Shown piece after piece: positions 12,726-23,900 of a stretch of 64,000 nucleotides of DNA. A program made the translations under genes and the position numbers. The number at the start of each line of letters is the position of its first letter. Position 1 is the first letter of the stretch. Origin of the DNA: Pseudomonadota bacterium. Its GTDB lineage: Bacteria > Pseudomonadota > Gammaproteobacteria > Ga0077536. The stretch covers positions 162,200 to 226,199 of the forward strand of contig JADJYF010000008.1 in assembly GCA_016719885.1 (NCBI GenBank), given 5' to 3'. The notes below the pieces were generated by a model. That model had not been told where the DNA came from. It did no database searches and worked only from the letters and a program-made list of their open reading frames with translations.

Positions 12726-13883
12726 ATGAACGCGCCCTCCCCCTTGCTTGCGCAGGCCCAAGACCTGCGCCACTTGCTGATCGAGGCCGGCGCGAGCATC
12801 GAGCAGGAACGCCGTCTCAGCGCCGAGGTGCGCGCGGCGCTGTCCGCCATGGGCGCCTTCCATCTGCAGCTCGCACAGGAATACGGCGGCGCGGGCGCCG
12901 ATCCGCAAACCTACCTCGATGTCATTGAAGAACTGTCGCGCGGCGATGCCTCGAGCGGCTGGTGCGCGATGGTCGCCTCCGAATCGAGCGCGTGCATGAA
13001 CGCGTGGCTGGCGCCGGAAGTGATCCGTGCCATGCTCGGCACGGCGCCCTTGGCGGCGGTCTCGTTGACAGCGGTCGGCAAGGGCCGCGCGGTGATCGAT
13101 GGCGACGGCCTCCGCGTCAGCGGTCGCTGGCGTTTCACCAGCGGCTGTCGACACGCCGAGTGGCTGGGCGCGCTGTGCATGGTGCATGACGGCGACACGC
13201 CACGCCAGCTGGCCAACGGCGCACCGGACGCGCGCCTGGTGTTCGTGCCGAGCAGCGCCGCCACGCTGCTGGACACCTGGCATACCAGCGGTCTCAAGGG
13301 CACCGCCAGCGATGATTTCGAATTGCACGACGTGCCGGTGCCCGCCGCGCATGGCTTTGCCCTGCGCGATGCGCCGCGCGACGGCCAGCCGGCGTGGCGC
13401 ATTCCGCTCGGCCTGCGCCTGGCCATGAGCAAGGCGGCCGCGGTGTGCGGCATGGCGCGTGGCGCCATGGACGCGGCGCTGCCGCTGCTCGATCGCACGC
13501 CGTTCGCCGGCGCGCGGCCGGCCCGCGAAGAGCCGCGCGTGCAAGCCGGACTTGCCGAGGCCGAGGGCGCCATCGAAGCGGCGCGCGCCTACCTGCGACA
13601 GGAAGTGGCGCGTTGCTGGCACGCGGTCCGCGCCGGCCACGCGCTGACACTGGACGACGTCGCCCGCACGCGTCTTGCCATCGTCCATGCCGCGCGCGCG
13701 GCGCTGACGGCGGTCAATACCCTGCAGGAACTCGTCGGCACCGCCGGCGTGTTCACGCCACGCTTCGACCGCGCGGTACGCGACCTCCAGGTCGCCCGCC
13801 ATCACCTGCAGCTGCAGGCCCATGTCATGGAGGACATCGGCCGCGTGATGCTGGGGCAGGCGCCGCTGAACCCGTTGTTCTAG
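12726..13883 (+). CDS. Acyl-CoA dehydrogenase family protein
   Basis: ACAD-fold layout (WCAMVASES..., TSGLKGTASDDFELHDVPVP...); start at MNAPSPLL (12726). Confidence 0.75.
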   Translation: MNAPSPLLAQAQDLRHLLIEAGASIEQERRLSAEVRAALSAMGAFHLQLAQEYGGAGADPQTYLDVIEELSRGDASSGWCAMVASESSACMNAWLAPEVIRAMLGTAPLAAVSLTAVGKGRAVIDGDGLRVSGRWRFTSGCRHAEWLGALCMVHDGDTPRQLANGAPDARLVFVPSSAATLLDTWHTSGLKGTASDDFELHDVPVPAAHGFALRDAPRDGQPAWRIPLGLRLAMSKAAAVCGMARGAMDAALPLLDRTPFAGARPAREEPRVQAGLAEAEGAIEAARAYLRQEVARCWHAVRAGHALTLDDVARTRLAIVHAARAALTAVNTLQELVGTAGVFTPRFDRAVRDLQVARHHLQLQAHVMEDIGRVMLGQAPLNPLF

Positions 13884-13910
13884 GGCGCCTCGGAGGCTCG
13901 ACAGGGTCCC

Positions 13911-13996
13911 TTGTGGGTCAGACTTCAGTCTGACGTTCAGACAGGTGACACGAGCGTGGCAGCGCTTTGGTTGTCAGACTGAAGTCTGACCCACAA
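13911..13996. repeat. Inverted pair of REP-A palindromic elements (TTGTGGGTCAGACTTCAGTCTGAC ... GTCAGACTGAAGTCTGACCCACAA)
   Basis: Read directly; each unit contains an 8-bp-stem hairpin. The pair sits between two same-strand (+) genes, the ACAD and the MCE-cluster permease. Confidence 0.9.
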
Positions 13997-14073
13997 CGCC
14001 GCACACGATGTTTACCCAGGTGGCGCTCTATAATCGCGCCACCCGCCCTGGGCGCGACACGAACATTTTGTCC

Positions 14074-15213
14074 ATGAATTTCGACGATCTCCCCCCGGAC
14101 TGGCGCGACCGACTCGCGATCGACGGCAGCGCCGCCGAGCCCGGCCTGTGGCTGCGCGGCGCCTGGGAGTTGCGTGACGGCGTGCCGCGCTACGCGAGCA
14201 TCGCGCCGCAGATGGCGCAGGCGCGCCGCATCCATCTCGGCGCGCGCGAGCTCGAGCGTTGGGATTCGAGCGCGGTGAATTTCCTCGCCGCCGTGATCCG
14301 CGATGCGCGCGCGCGCAATGTCGAGGTCGATCAAAGCGCGCTGCCCGACGGCTTACGCCGCATGCTGGCGCTGGCCTTCGCGGTGGCGCCGCCGCCGCCG
14401 CGCGCCACGCCGCCGGCGCCGGGCATGCTCGCCGGCGTCGGGCTGGGCGTGATACGCGCCTGGCGCGACTGGCCGGCGATGATCGAGTTCGGCGGCGAGA
14501 TCATCCTGTCGCTGGGCCGCTTCGTCACCGGCCGGGCACGCTACCGGCGCGGCGATTTTGCCTATCTCATCGAAGAAGTCGGGCCGCGCGCGCTGCCCAT
14601 CGTGTCGCTGATCAGTTTCCTGGTCGGCACCATCCTCGCCTACATGGGCGCGGTGCAGTTGGCGCTGTTCGGCGCCAGCATCTACATCGCCGACCTGGTC
14701 GGCATCGGCGTGGTGCGCGAAGTGGCGGCGCTCATGACCGGCATCATCCTCGCCGGTCGCACCGGCGCCGCCTATGCCGCCCAGATCGGCACCATGCAGG
14801 TCAACGAAGAGATCGACGCCTTGCGCACGCTCGGCGTATCGCCCATCGATTACCTGGTGCTGCCGCGCATGCTGGCGCTGATCTGCATGGTGCCGCTGTT
14901 GACGCTCTATGCCGGCATCGTCGGCATCCTGGCCGGCATGACCATCGCGGTGCTGGTGTTCGATGTCGGCATCTACGAGTACTACAACGAAACGCTGTCG
15001 GCCTTGGAGCTCAAGCATTTCGCCGTCGGCCTGGTGAAGGGCACGGTGTACGGCGCGCTGGTCGCCTTCGCCGGCTGCCTGCGTGGCATGCAGTGCGGAC
15101 GCAGCGCGCAGGCGGTCGGTGAATCGACCACCTCGGCGGTGGTGCTCGGCATCCTGCTCATCACCATCTCGGCCTCGGTGCTGACCATCGTGTTCCAGAA
15201 GCTCGGCATCTGA
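14074..15213 (+). CDS. MlaE/YrbE-family ABC permease with ~120-aa N-terminal cytoplasmic extension
   Basis: C-terminal 260 aa multi-TM MlaE-like (GPRALPIVSLISFLVGTILAY...EEIDALRTLG); first gene of the MCE cluster. Confidence 0.85.
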   Translation: MNFDDLPPDWRDRLAIDGSAAEPGLWLRGAWELRDGVPRYASIAPQMAQARRIHLGARELERWDSSAVNFLAAVIRDARARNVEVDQSALPDGLRRMLALAFAVAPPPPRATPPAPGMLAGVGLGVIRAWRDWPAMIEFGGEIILSLGRFVTGRARYRRGDFAYLIEEVGPRALPIVSLISFLVGTILAYMGAVQLALFGASIYIADLVGIGVVREVAALMTGIILAGRTGAAYAAQIGTMQVNEEIDALRTLGVSPIDYLVLPRMLALICMVPLLTLYAGIVGILAGMTIAVLVFDVGIYEYYNETLSALELKHFAVGLVKGTVYGALVAFAGCLRGMQCGRSAQAVGESTTSAVVLGILLITISASVLTIVFQKLGI

Positions 15214-15214
15214 C

Positions 15215-15967
15215 ATGAGCGCCGCCACGCCGCACATCGAGATCCGCGACCTGACCATGGCCTATGGCGATTACGTCATCCAGCACGATCTCAATTTCAC
15301 CATCAATCGTGGCGACATCTTTGTGATCATGGGCGGCAGCGGTTGCGGCAAGAGCACGCTGCTGCGCCAGATGATAGGCTTGGTGCGTCCCGCCAAGGGC
15401 ACGGTGCTGTACGATGGCGAGGACTATTGGGCCGCGAGTCCGCAGCAACAGGTGCGGCGTCAACGCGGCTTCGGCATCCTGTTCCAGGCTGGCGCGTTGT
15501 GGAGTTCACTGACCCTGGCCGAGAATGTCGCGCTGCCGCTGCAGGAATTCACCACGCTGGCGCCGGACCTGATAAATGAAATCGTGTCATTGAAGTTGTC
15601 GCTGGTGGGGCTTGGGGGTTTCGAGCAGTTCTATCCTTCCGAGATCTCGGGCGGCATGAAGAAGCGCGCGGGCCTGGCACGCGCCATGGCGCTCGATCCC
15701 GAGATCCTGTTCTTCGACGAGCCCTCGGCCGGACTCGATCCCTTGAGTTCACGGCGTCTGGACGATCTGATCCTCGAATTGCGCGACAGCCTGGGCGCGA
15801 CGGTGGTGCTGGTCACCCATGAACTGCCGAGCATATTCGCGATTGCCAACAACTCGGTGTTCCTCGATGCCGACACGCGCACCATGATTGCCTATGGCGA
15901 CCCGCGCGAGCTGGCCGAACACGGCGTCGACAAGGTACGCAGCTTTCTCAAGCGGGGCGAGACATGA
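15215..15967 (+). CDS. ABC transporter ATP-binding protein (MlaF-like)
   Basis: Walker A GGSGCGKST, signature ISGGMKKRAGLA, Walker B ILFFDEP. Confidence 0.92.
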   Translation: MSAATPHIEIRDLTMAYGDYVIQHDLNFTINRGDIFVIMGGSGCGKSTLLRQMIGLVRPAKGTVLYDGEDYWAASPQQQVRRQRGFGILFQAGALWSSLTLAENVALPLQEFTTLAPDLINEIVSLKLSLVGLGGFEQFYPSEISGGMKKRAGLARAMALDPEILFFDEPSAGLDPLSSRRLDDLILELRDSLGATVVLVTHELPSIFAIANNSVFLDADTRTMIAYGDPRELAEHGVDKVRSFLKRGET

Positions 15968-17025
15968 GCAAACAGGCCAATCCCAAGCTGGTGGGCGCCT
16001 TCGTGCTGGGCGCGGTGAGCCTTTTGGTGATGGCCGTGGTGTTACTCGCCGACGGCGGCTTCTGGCGCGATCGCCCGACCTACATCATGTATTTCGAAGG
16101 CTCGACCACCGGCCTGCAGGTCGGCTCGCTGGTGGTGTTCCGCGGCGTGAAAATAGGTACCGTGCAAAGCATCGGCCTGTCGGTCGACGAGCAGAACCTC
16201 AATTTCCTGGTGCCGGTCGTGATCCGCACCGACGAATACGCGCTGAAGAACCTGGAAGGCGACAACGTGGCCTTGACCGATCTGACGGAGAACAACGATC
16301 TGATCAAGCGCGGCCTGCGCGCGCGTCTCAAAACCTGGAGTTTCCTGACCGGCCAGCTCTATATCGATCTCGATTTCTATCCCGACAAGCTCGCCACCTA
16401 TCACGGCAAGGACAATGGCTCGCGCGAGATCCCGACCTTGCCGACCGAGGTCGAGGAACTCACCAACAAGCTCGACAAGCTCAACGTCGAGAAGCTGGTG
16501 GACGACATCTCGACCATCTCGGCATCGGTGCGCAAGCTGGTGTCCTCGCCGGCTGCCGGCCATGCACTGGAAAACCTCGACACCACGCTCGATCACCTCG
16601 CGTCCCTGACCGCGCAGCTCGACAAGCGCACCAATACCGTGGCGGAAGACGTGCGCACGGTCATGAACGAAGCGGCCGATACCCTGCGCAGCACGCGCGT
16701 GGCGCTGGAAGAAAGCGCCGCGACGCTCAAGGCCGGACGCCAGACCCTCGCCAATATCGATGCCGGCGCCGCCAACATCGCCGCCCTGACGCGCGCCGAT
16801 GCCGGCCCGGTGCTGGCCCTTACCCGCGCCAGCGAGGAGCTGGCCGCCACCGCGCGCAGCCTGCGCGCCATGTCGGGCGAGGATTCGCTGACCACCACGC
16901 GCCTCAACGCGGTGCTGAAGGAAACCAGCGCCGCCGCGCGCGCCCTGCGCGTGCTGGCCGAAGCCATCGAAACCCAGCCGGAATCCTTGTTGAGCGGACG
17001 GCGCAGAGAAGGATCAGCGCAATGA
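15964..17025 (+). CDS. MCE (MlaD/PqiB-type) substrate-binding protein
   Basis: N-terminal TM anchor then MCE domain (LQVGSLVVFRGVKIGTVQSI) and long helical C-terminus; ATGA overlap with upstream gene. Confidence 0.85.
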   Translation: MSKQANPKLVGAFVLGAVSLLVMAVVLLADGGFWRDRPTYIMYFEGSTTGLQVGSLVVFRGVKIGTVQSIGLSVDEQNLNFLVPVVIRTDEYALKNLEGDNVALTDLTENNDLIKRGLRARLKTWSFLTGQLYIDLDFYPDKLATYHGKDNGSREIPTLPTEVEELTNKLDKLNVEKLVDDISTISASVRKLVSSPAAGHALENLDTTLDHLASLTAQLDKRTNTVAEDVRTVMNEAADTLRSTRVALEESAATLKAGRQTLANIDAGAANIAALTRADAGPVLALTRASEELAATARSLRAMSGEDSLTTTRLNAVLKETSAAARALRVLAEAIETQPESLLSGRRREGSAQ

Positions 17026-17624
17026 TTGCAGCCACCCTGTCGCGATACGCCGGCTTGGCGCTGCTGGCTTCAATGCTGGCGCTGGTCGGCTGCGCCCACA
17101 CGCCGACGCCCCACTACTACGTGCTCGCCGGCGCCAACCCCACGGACACGGAAACCGTGAGTGACGGCCCGGCCGTCGGTCTCGGTCCCATCGCCTTGCC
17201 CGACTATCTCGACCGCCCGCAAATCGTCACGCGCGCCAACGACTCACGCCTGGTGCTCTCCAACGAACACCGCTGGGCCGAACCGCTGGCGGCGTCGCTG
17301 GGACGCGCCCTGCTCGCGGAGCTGGAACACGCCGCGCCCGGTCACAACATCGCGCTGCATCCGTGGCGCGCGTCGCTGGCCATCACGCGCCAGGTGCGGG
17401 TCGACATCACGCGCTTCGATCGCGATGCCGGCGGCAGCTTCCACCTTGGCGCGCACTGGAGCGTGAGCACACCCGGCAGCGACCAGGCCACGCCGACGCG
17501 ACACAGTGACATCGAGGTGCCGGTCAACGGCAAGGACGACGATTACGATGCGCTGCTCAGCGCCGCCAACGCGGCGGTCGCGCAATTGGCCAGCGCCATC
17601 GCCAGCCAGTTACAGGCGCCGTAG
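17022..17624 (+). CDS. PqiC/YmbA-like (DUF330) ABC-transport auxiliary lipoprotein
   Basis: Lipobox LALVGC, HYYVL motif typical of this family; 4-nt overlap with MCE gene. Confidence 0.75.
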   Translation: MIAATLSRYAGLALLASMLALVGCAHTPTPHYYVLAGANPTDTETVSDGPAVGLGPIALPDYLDRPQIVTRANDSRLVLSNEHRWAEPLAASLGRALLAELEHAAPGHNIALHPWRASLAITRQVRVDITRFDRDAGGSFHLGAHWSVSTPGSDQATPTRHSDIEVPVNGKDDDYDALLSAANAAVAQLASAIASQLQAP

Positions 17625-17652
17625 TGCGCTACACCATGCAAGGGGAGTCATC

Positions 17653-18255
17653 ATGCTGAAGGTTTATCACGCACCGCGCACCCGTTCGATTCGCATCCTG
17701 TGGCTGCTGGAAGAGCTCGCTCTGCCCTATGAGATCGAAACGGTGACGTTCACGCCCAAGCCCATGCCCTTCGGCCAGAGCGCGCCCTTCGGCAAGGTGC
17801 CGGCGCTGACCGACGGCGACATGACCATGTTCGAATCCGGCGCGATGGTCGAATACATCCTCGAACGTTACGGCAACGGACGCCTCGCGCCGCCGGTCGG
17901 CCATGCCGAGCGACCGGCCTACCTGCAGTGGCTGCATTTCGCCGAGAGCACCGCCTTCGCACCGGTGTCGGTGGTGGTGTGGATGAAGCTCTACCGCCAG
18001 GATGCCGAACAAAATGCGGCGCTCATCGCCGACGCCCAAACGCGCGCCGCGGTCGCCTTCGAATTCCTGGAAAAGCACATGGGCGACTCGGAATTCCTGT
18101 TGCCCAGCGGCTTCTCGGCCGCCGACATCATGATGGGCTTCACGCTCAATGCCGCACGCGCCTTCGGCATCATCGACGAACGCTTCGCCAAGCTCGACGC
18201 CTACAGCAAACGCCTGGCCGCACGGCCGGCGCTGGTGAAGGCGTCGGCGTTGTAA
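17653..18255 (+). CDS. Glutathione S-transferase
   Basis: MLKVYHAPRTRSIRILWLLEEL...GKVPAL...FESGAMVEY thioredoxin-fold N-domain plus helical C-domain. Confidence 0.85.
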   Translation: MLKVYHAPRTRSIRILWLLEELALPYEIETVTFTPKPMPFGQSAPFGKVPALTDGDMTMFESGAMVEYILERYGNGRLAPPVGHAERPAYLQWLHFAESTAFAPVSVVVWMKLYRQDAEQNAALIADAQTRAAVAFEFLEKHMGDSEFLLPSGFSAADIMMGFTLNAARAFGIIDERFAKLDAYSKRLAARPALVKASAL

Positions 18256-18297
18256 CCGCAAACGAGTTCGGCGCACCCGTCGGGGCGCGCCGCGAAT

Positions 18298-18362
18298 GTC
18301 GGACTGAAGTCCGACCCACAATTCGGATGCTTCGAAATTTGTGGGTCAGACTTCAGTCTGAC
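18298..18362. repeat. Inverted pair of REP-A elements (GTCGGACTGAAGTCCGACCCACAA ... TTGTGGGTCAGACTTCAGTCTGAC)
   Basis: Read directly; between convergent GST and SRPBCC genes. Confidence 0.9.
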
Positions 18363-18370
18363 TTTCCACC

Positions 18371-18835
18371 TCAATACGGCGTTTCGCCGACCTTGCGGCC
18401 GAGCGCATGGGCCTTCTCGATATTGCCCAGGAACAATTCGTAGAAATCGCGCAGCGCGGCATCCATCTGCTCCTGGGGCAGGCCATGTTCGGTGTAATGC
18501 CCTTCCCAACGCACCCGGGTGTGGCCGGCGTCGATGGTCGAGAGATTGACCACCGCCACGTAATCGCGCATCGGCAGGGGGTAGTTCTCGACGATGGAGT
18601 AGACGATGACATGCGGCGCGCAGGCCACGTCGAGGCGCTCAATGATCTGTCCTTCGATCTGCATCTCGGGCTTGAACACCGCGAAACGGCGCGAGCCGAT
18701 GCTGTTGCCCTCGCAACGGAACTCGGTGAGATTGCCGGGCGGATGCAATTTGTCGAGCGCTCCGAAATCCGCCAGCCAGTCCCAGACATAGGCGTGCGGA
18801 GCGTTGACGGTGCGATCGAGGACGGCGATGGGCAT
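18371..18835 (-). CDS. SRPBCC (polyketide cyclase/START-like) family protein
   Basis: 154 aa; start MPIAVLDRTVNAPHAYVWDWLADFG typical of the family. Confidence 0.65.
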   Translation of the reverse strand: MPIAVLDRTVNAPHAYVWDWLADFGALDKLHPPGNLTEFRCEGNSIGSRRFAVFKPEMQIEGQIIERLDVACAPHVIVYSIVENYPLPMRDYVAVVNLSTIDAGHTRVRWEGHYTEHGLPQEQMDAALRDFYELFLGNIEKAHALGRKVGETPY

Positions 18836-19003
18836 GGAAAATCTCCCTGGGCTTGATGAGGTGATGCGAAATCGGCTGGCACCGTAACGCAAGCACGCGC
18901 CGTTGGCGAGCCGCGCGCCTCGAAGCTGCGCGCCGCTGGCGCGGCGCGCGCGCGATCGCTACTTTTGTCGGGTAACCCACACCACAACGCCAGGGGAATC
19001 ACC

Positions 19004-19702
19004 ATGCACACGCGCGTCGACGAAATCGCCAACGGCATCTACCGCCTGTCCACCTTCATCGCCGACGTGCCGCCGGCCGGCTTCACCTTCAATCAATACC
19101 TCGTCGCCGCCGAGCAGCCGCTGCTGTTCCACTGCGGTGGGCGTCAACTGTTCCCGCTGGTGTCGGCCGCGGCCGCGCGCGTGGTGCCGCTCGATCGGCT
19201 GCGCTGGATCTCATTCGGTCACGTCGAATCCGATGAATGCGGCTCCATGAACCAATGGCTGGCGGCCGCGCCGCGGGCCGAGGTCGTGCATGGCGCGATT
19301 GCCTGCATGGTGTCGCTGAACGATCTCGCCGACCGCCCGCCGCGCGCGCTGGCCAACGGCGAAGTGCTGGACCTTGGTGGCAAACGCGTGCGCTACATCG
19401 ACACGCCACATGTGCCCCACGCCTGGGAGTCCGGCCTGATGTTCGAGGAAACGACCGGCACGCTGTTCACCGGCGACCTGTTCACGCAGCTCGGCGACGG
19501 TCCGGCGGTCGGCGCCGACAGCATCGCCGCCGCCGCCATCGCCGCCGAGGAAGGCTTCCAGGCCACCGCCATCACGCCCACCACCGCGTCGACCATACGC
19601 GCGCTGCAAGATCTCAACCCCGCCACGCTGGCGGTCATGCATGGCGCCTGCTTCAATGGCGACTGCAAGGCGGAAATCGAAGCGCTGGCGGCCTATTACG
19701 AA

Positions 19703-19732
<30 letters not shown>
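19004..19732 (+). CDS. MBL-fold metallo-hydrolase / di-iron ODP-like protein
   Basis: IYRLSTF...FNQYLV...HVESDECG...DTPHVPH...TGDLF pattern of metallo-beta-lactamase fold. Confidence 0.6.
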
Positions 19733-22204
<2,472 letters not shown>

Positions 22205-22260
22205 TCAACGCGGCTGCGAACTCATTTGCCCGAGGGGGCGATGCGCTGCTGGGCGGCATG

Positions 22261-22286
22261 AATGTGCGAATGCATTCGCACCTACA
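22261..22286. repeat. REP-B palindromic element (AATGTGCGAATGCATTCGCACCTACA)
   Basis: Read directly; overlaps the stop codon of the AMP-ligase gene. Confidence 0.85.
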
Positions 22287-23833
22287 CGAAGCGCTCGCGC
22301 GCCATTTGGCGCAGCAGCTTCTTTTCGACCTTGCCAAGAAAATTCTCGGGCATGGCGTCCAGCGTCACGACGTGTTCCGGCACCTTGTAGGGCGCGAGCG
22401 CGGTCGCGCAGTGCGCGCGCAACTGCGCGGCGTCGGTGGCGGCGCCGGGAGCCGCCACCACGAACGCCACGATCGCCTCTTCGCGCATGTCGTCAGGAAT
22501 GCCGACCACCGCCGCCTCGCGCACGCTGGCGTGAGCGAGCAGCACGCGTTCGACTTCCGCCGCCGCGACATTGAAACCCGAGCGCTTGATCATGTCCTTC
22601 TCGCGCTCGAGGAAATAGAAATAACCATCCTCGTCGAGTTGACCGACATCGCCGGTATGCAGCCAACCGTCGCGCAACAGCTCGGCGCTGGCCTCGGGGT
22701 CTTCGAAATAGCCTTGCGTCAGGCCATGACGCGACTGGCATTGCAGCAGCAATTGTCCGGGCTCGCCGCACGCGACGTCGCGGCCCTCATCGTCGACGAG
22801 GCGCAGCTGGTAGCCGGGAAACGGCAGGCCGGCGCTGCCCGGCTTCCACAGCGCGTCGATGGGCGAGGCGATGCAAATGCCCATGCCTTCGGTCAGACCT
22901 ACGTCGTTCGAGATCGAGCGGCAAGGCGAACTGGGCGCGATACACCGCGTGCCGCGCGTCGTAAGGACTCGGCGGCTGGTTGAGCAGCATCTTAACGTGC
23001 GTGGCATTCATCGCCGCCATGGTGATGCGGGCTTCGACCAGGGTTTGCGCAAACGTCGAAGCAGAGAACTTCGGCGCCATGACCATGGTCGCGCCGCGCA
23101 GGATCAACGGCCCGAGCAGGGCCAGGCCGCCATTGATGTGATAGAGCGGGAAGTAATGCAGCAGCCGCTCGAAACGCGTGTAGGCAAAGGCGTTGGCTAT
23201 CCCCAGGGACGAGAACATCTCGTTGCCGTGGGTGAACATCACGCCCTTGGGCCTGGCCGTGGTGCCCGAGGTGTACATCAGCATCGACAGGTCGTCGACC
23301 GACGGGAACGGCAGCGACAGTTCACTGGACTGGTTGGACAACCAGCCATTCACATCCACGGTGCTGGCGTCCATGCGTCCCGGCTCCAGCAGCAACACCT
23401 CGCGCACGCTGGCGACGCCGGCCGCGATGGCGCGCAGGCGCTCGGCGCAGGCCAGGTCGGTGATGGCCAGCACCGCGCCGCTGGCCTCGAGCTGGTAGCG
23501 GATCTCGTCGTCGACATACAGGCTGCTGCAGGTCACGAACACCGCGCCGATGCGCTGCACGGCAAAGCGCACGACCAGGTATTCCGGACAATTGGGCAGG
23601 AACGCCAGCACCCGTTGGCCGTGCGTGATGCCGTGTGCCAGCAAGCCGTTTGCAACGCGCCGCACCGCGTCGGCAAAGGCCGCATGGGTGATGGTCAACT
23701 CACCGTATTCGACGAACGGATGGTGCGGCCGCAGCGCGGCATTGCTCTCGATGGCGCGCAGCAGGGTGCGCTGGCCGACGGTGTCATGAGGACGCATGGC
23801 GTTGCCCGGCAGGTGAGATTTCATTCCTCGCAC
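22282..23833 (-). pseudogene. AMP-dependent synthetase/ligase (acyl-CoA synthetase), reading frame broken near 22895-22915
   Basis: N-part ORF 22787..23833 carries MYTSGTTARPKGV. C-part ORF 22282..23007 carries GLTEG, GWLHTGDVG, EREKDMIKRSGFNV, KVPE...LGKVEKKLL. The two parts are in different frames, and the FxxRFG segment usually found before YGxTE appears missing. Confidence 0.7.
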
Positions 23834-23857
23834 ACGTCAGCCGGACAGTGGCGCCAT

Positions 23858-23900
23858 TGTGGGTCAGGCTTCACCAAGTGCGAATGTGGGTCGTCACCTG
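23858..23900. repeat. Degenerate REP-A/REP-B remnant (TTGTGGGTCAGGCTTCA..GTGCGAATGTGGGTCGTCACCTGAC)
   Basis: Partial matches to both repeat consensus sequences read directly. Confidence 0.5.

Noticed and set aside
12615-13823. Long upstream extensions of track ORFs 11595..13823 (742 aa), 43042..45381 (779 aa) and 15888..17624 (578 aa).
   Set aside because: In each case only the C-terminal part has family motifs and a Shine-Dalgarno-preceded ATG. The extensions are antisense or out-of-frame overlaps of neighbouring well-supported genes.
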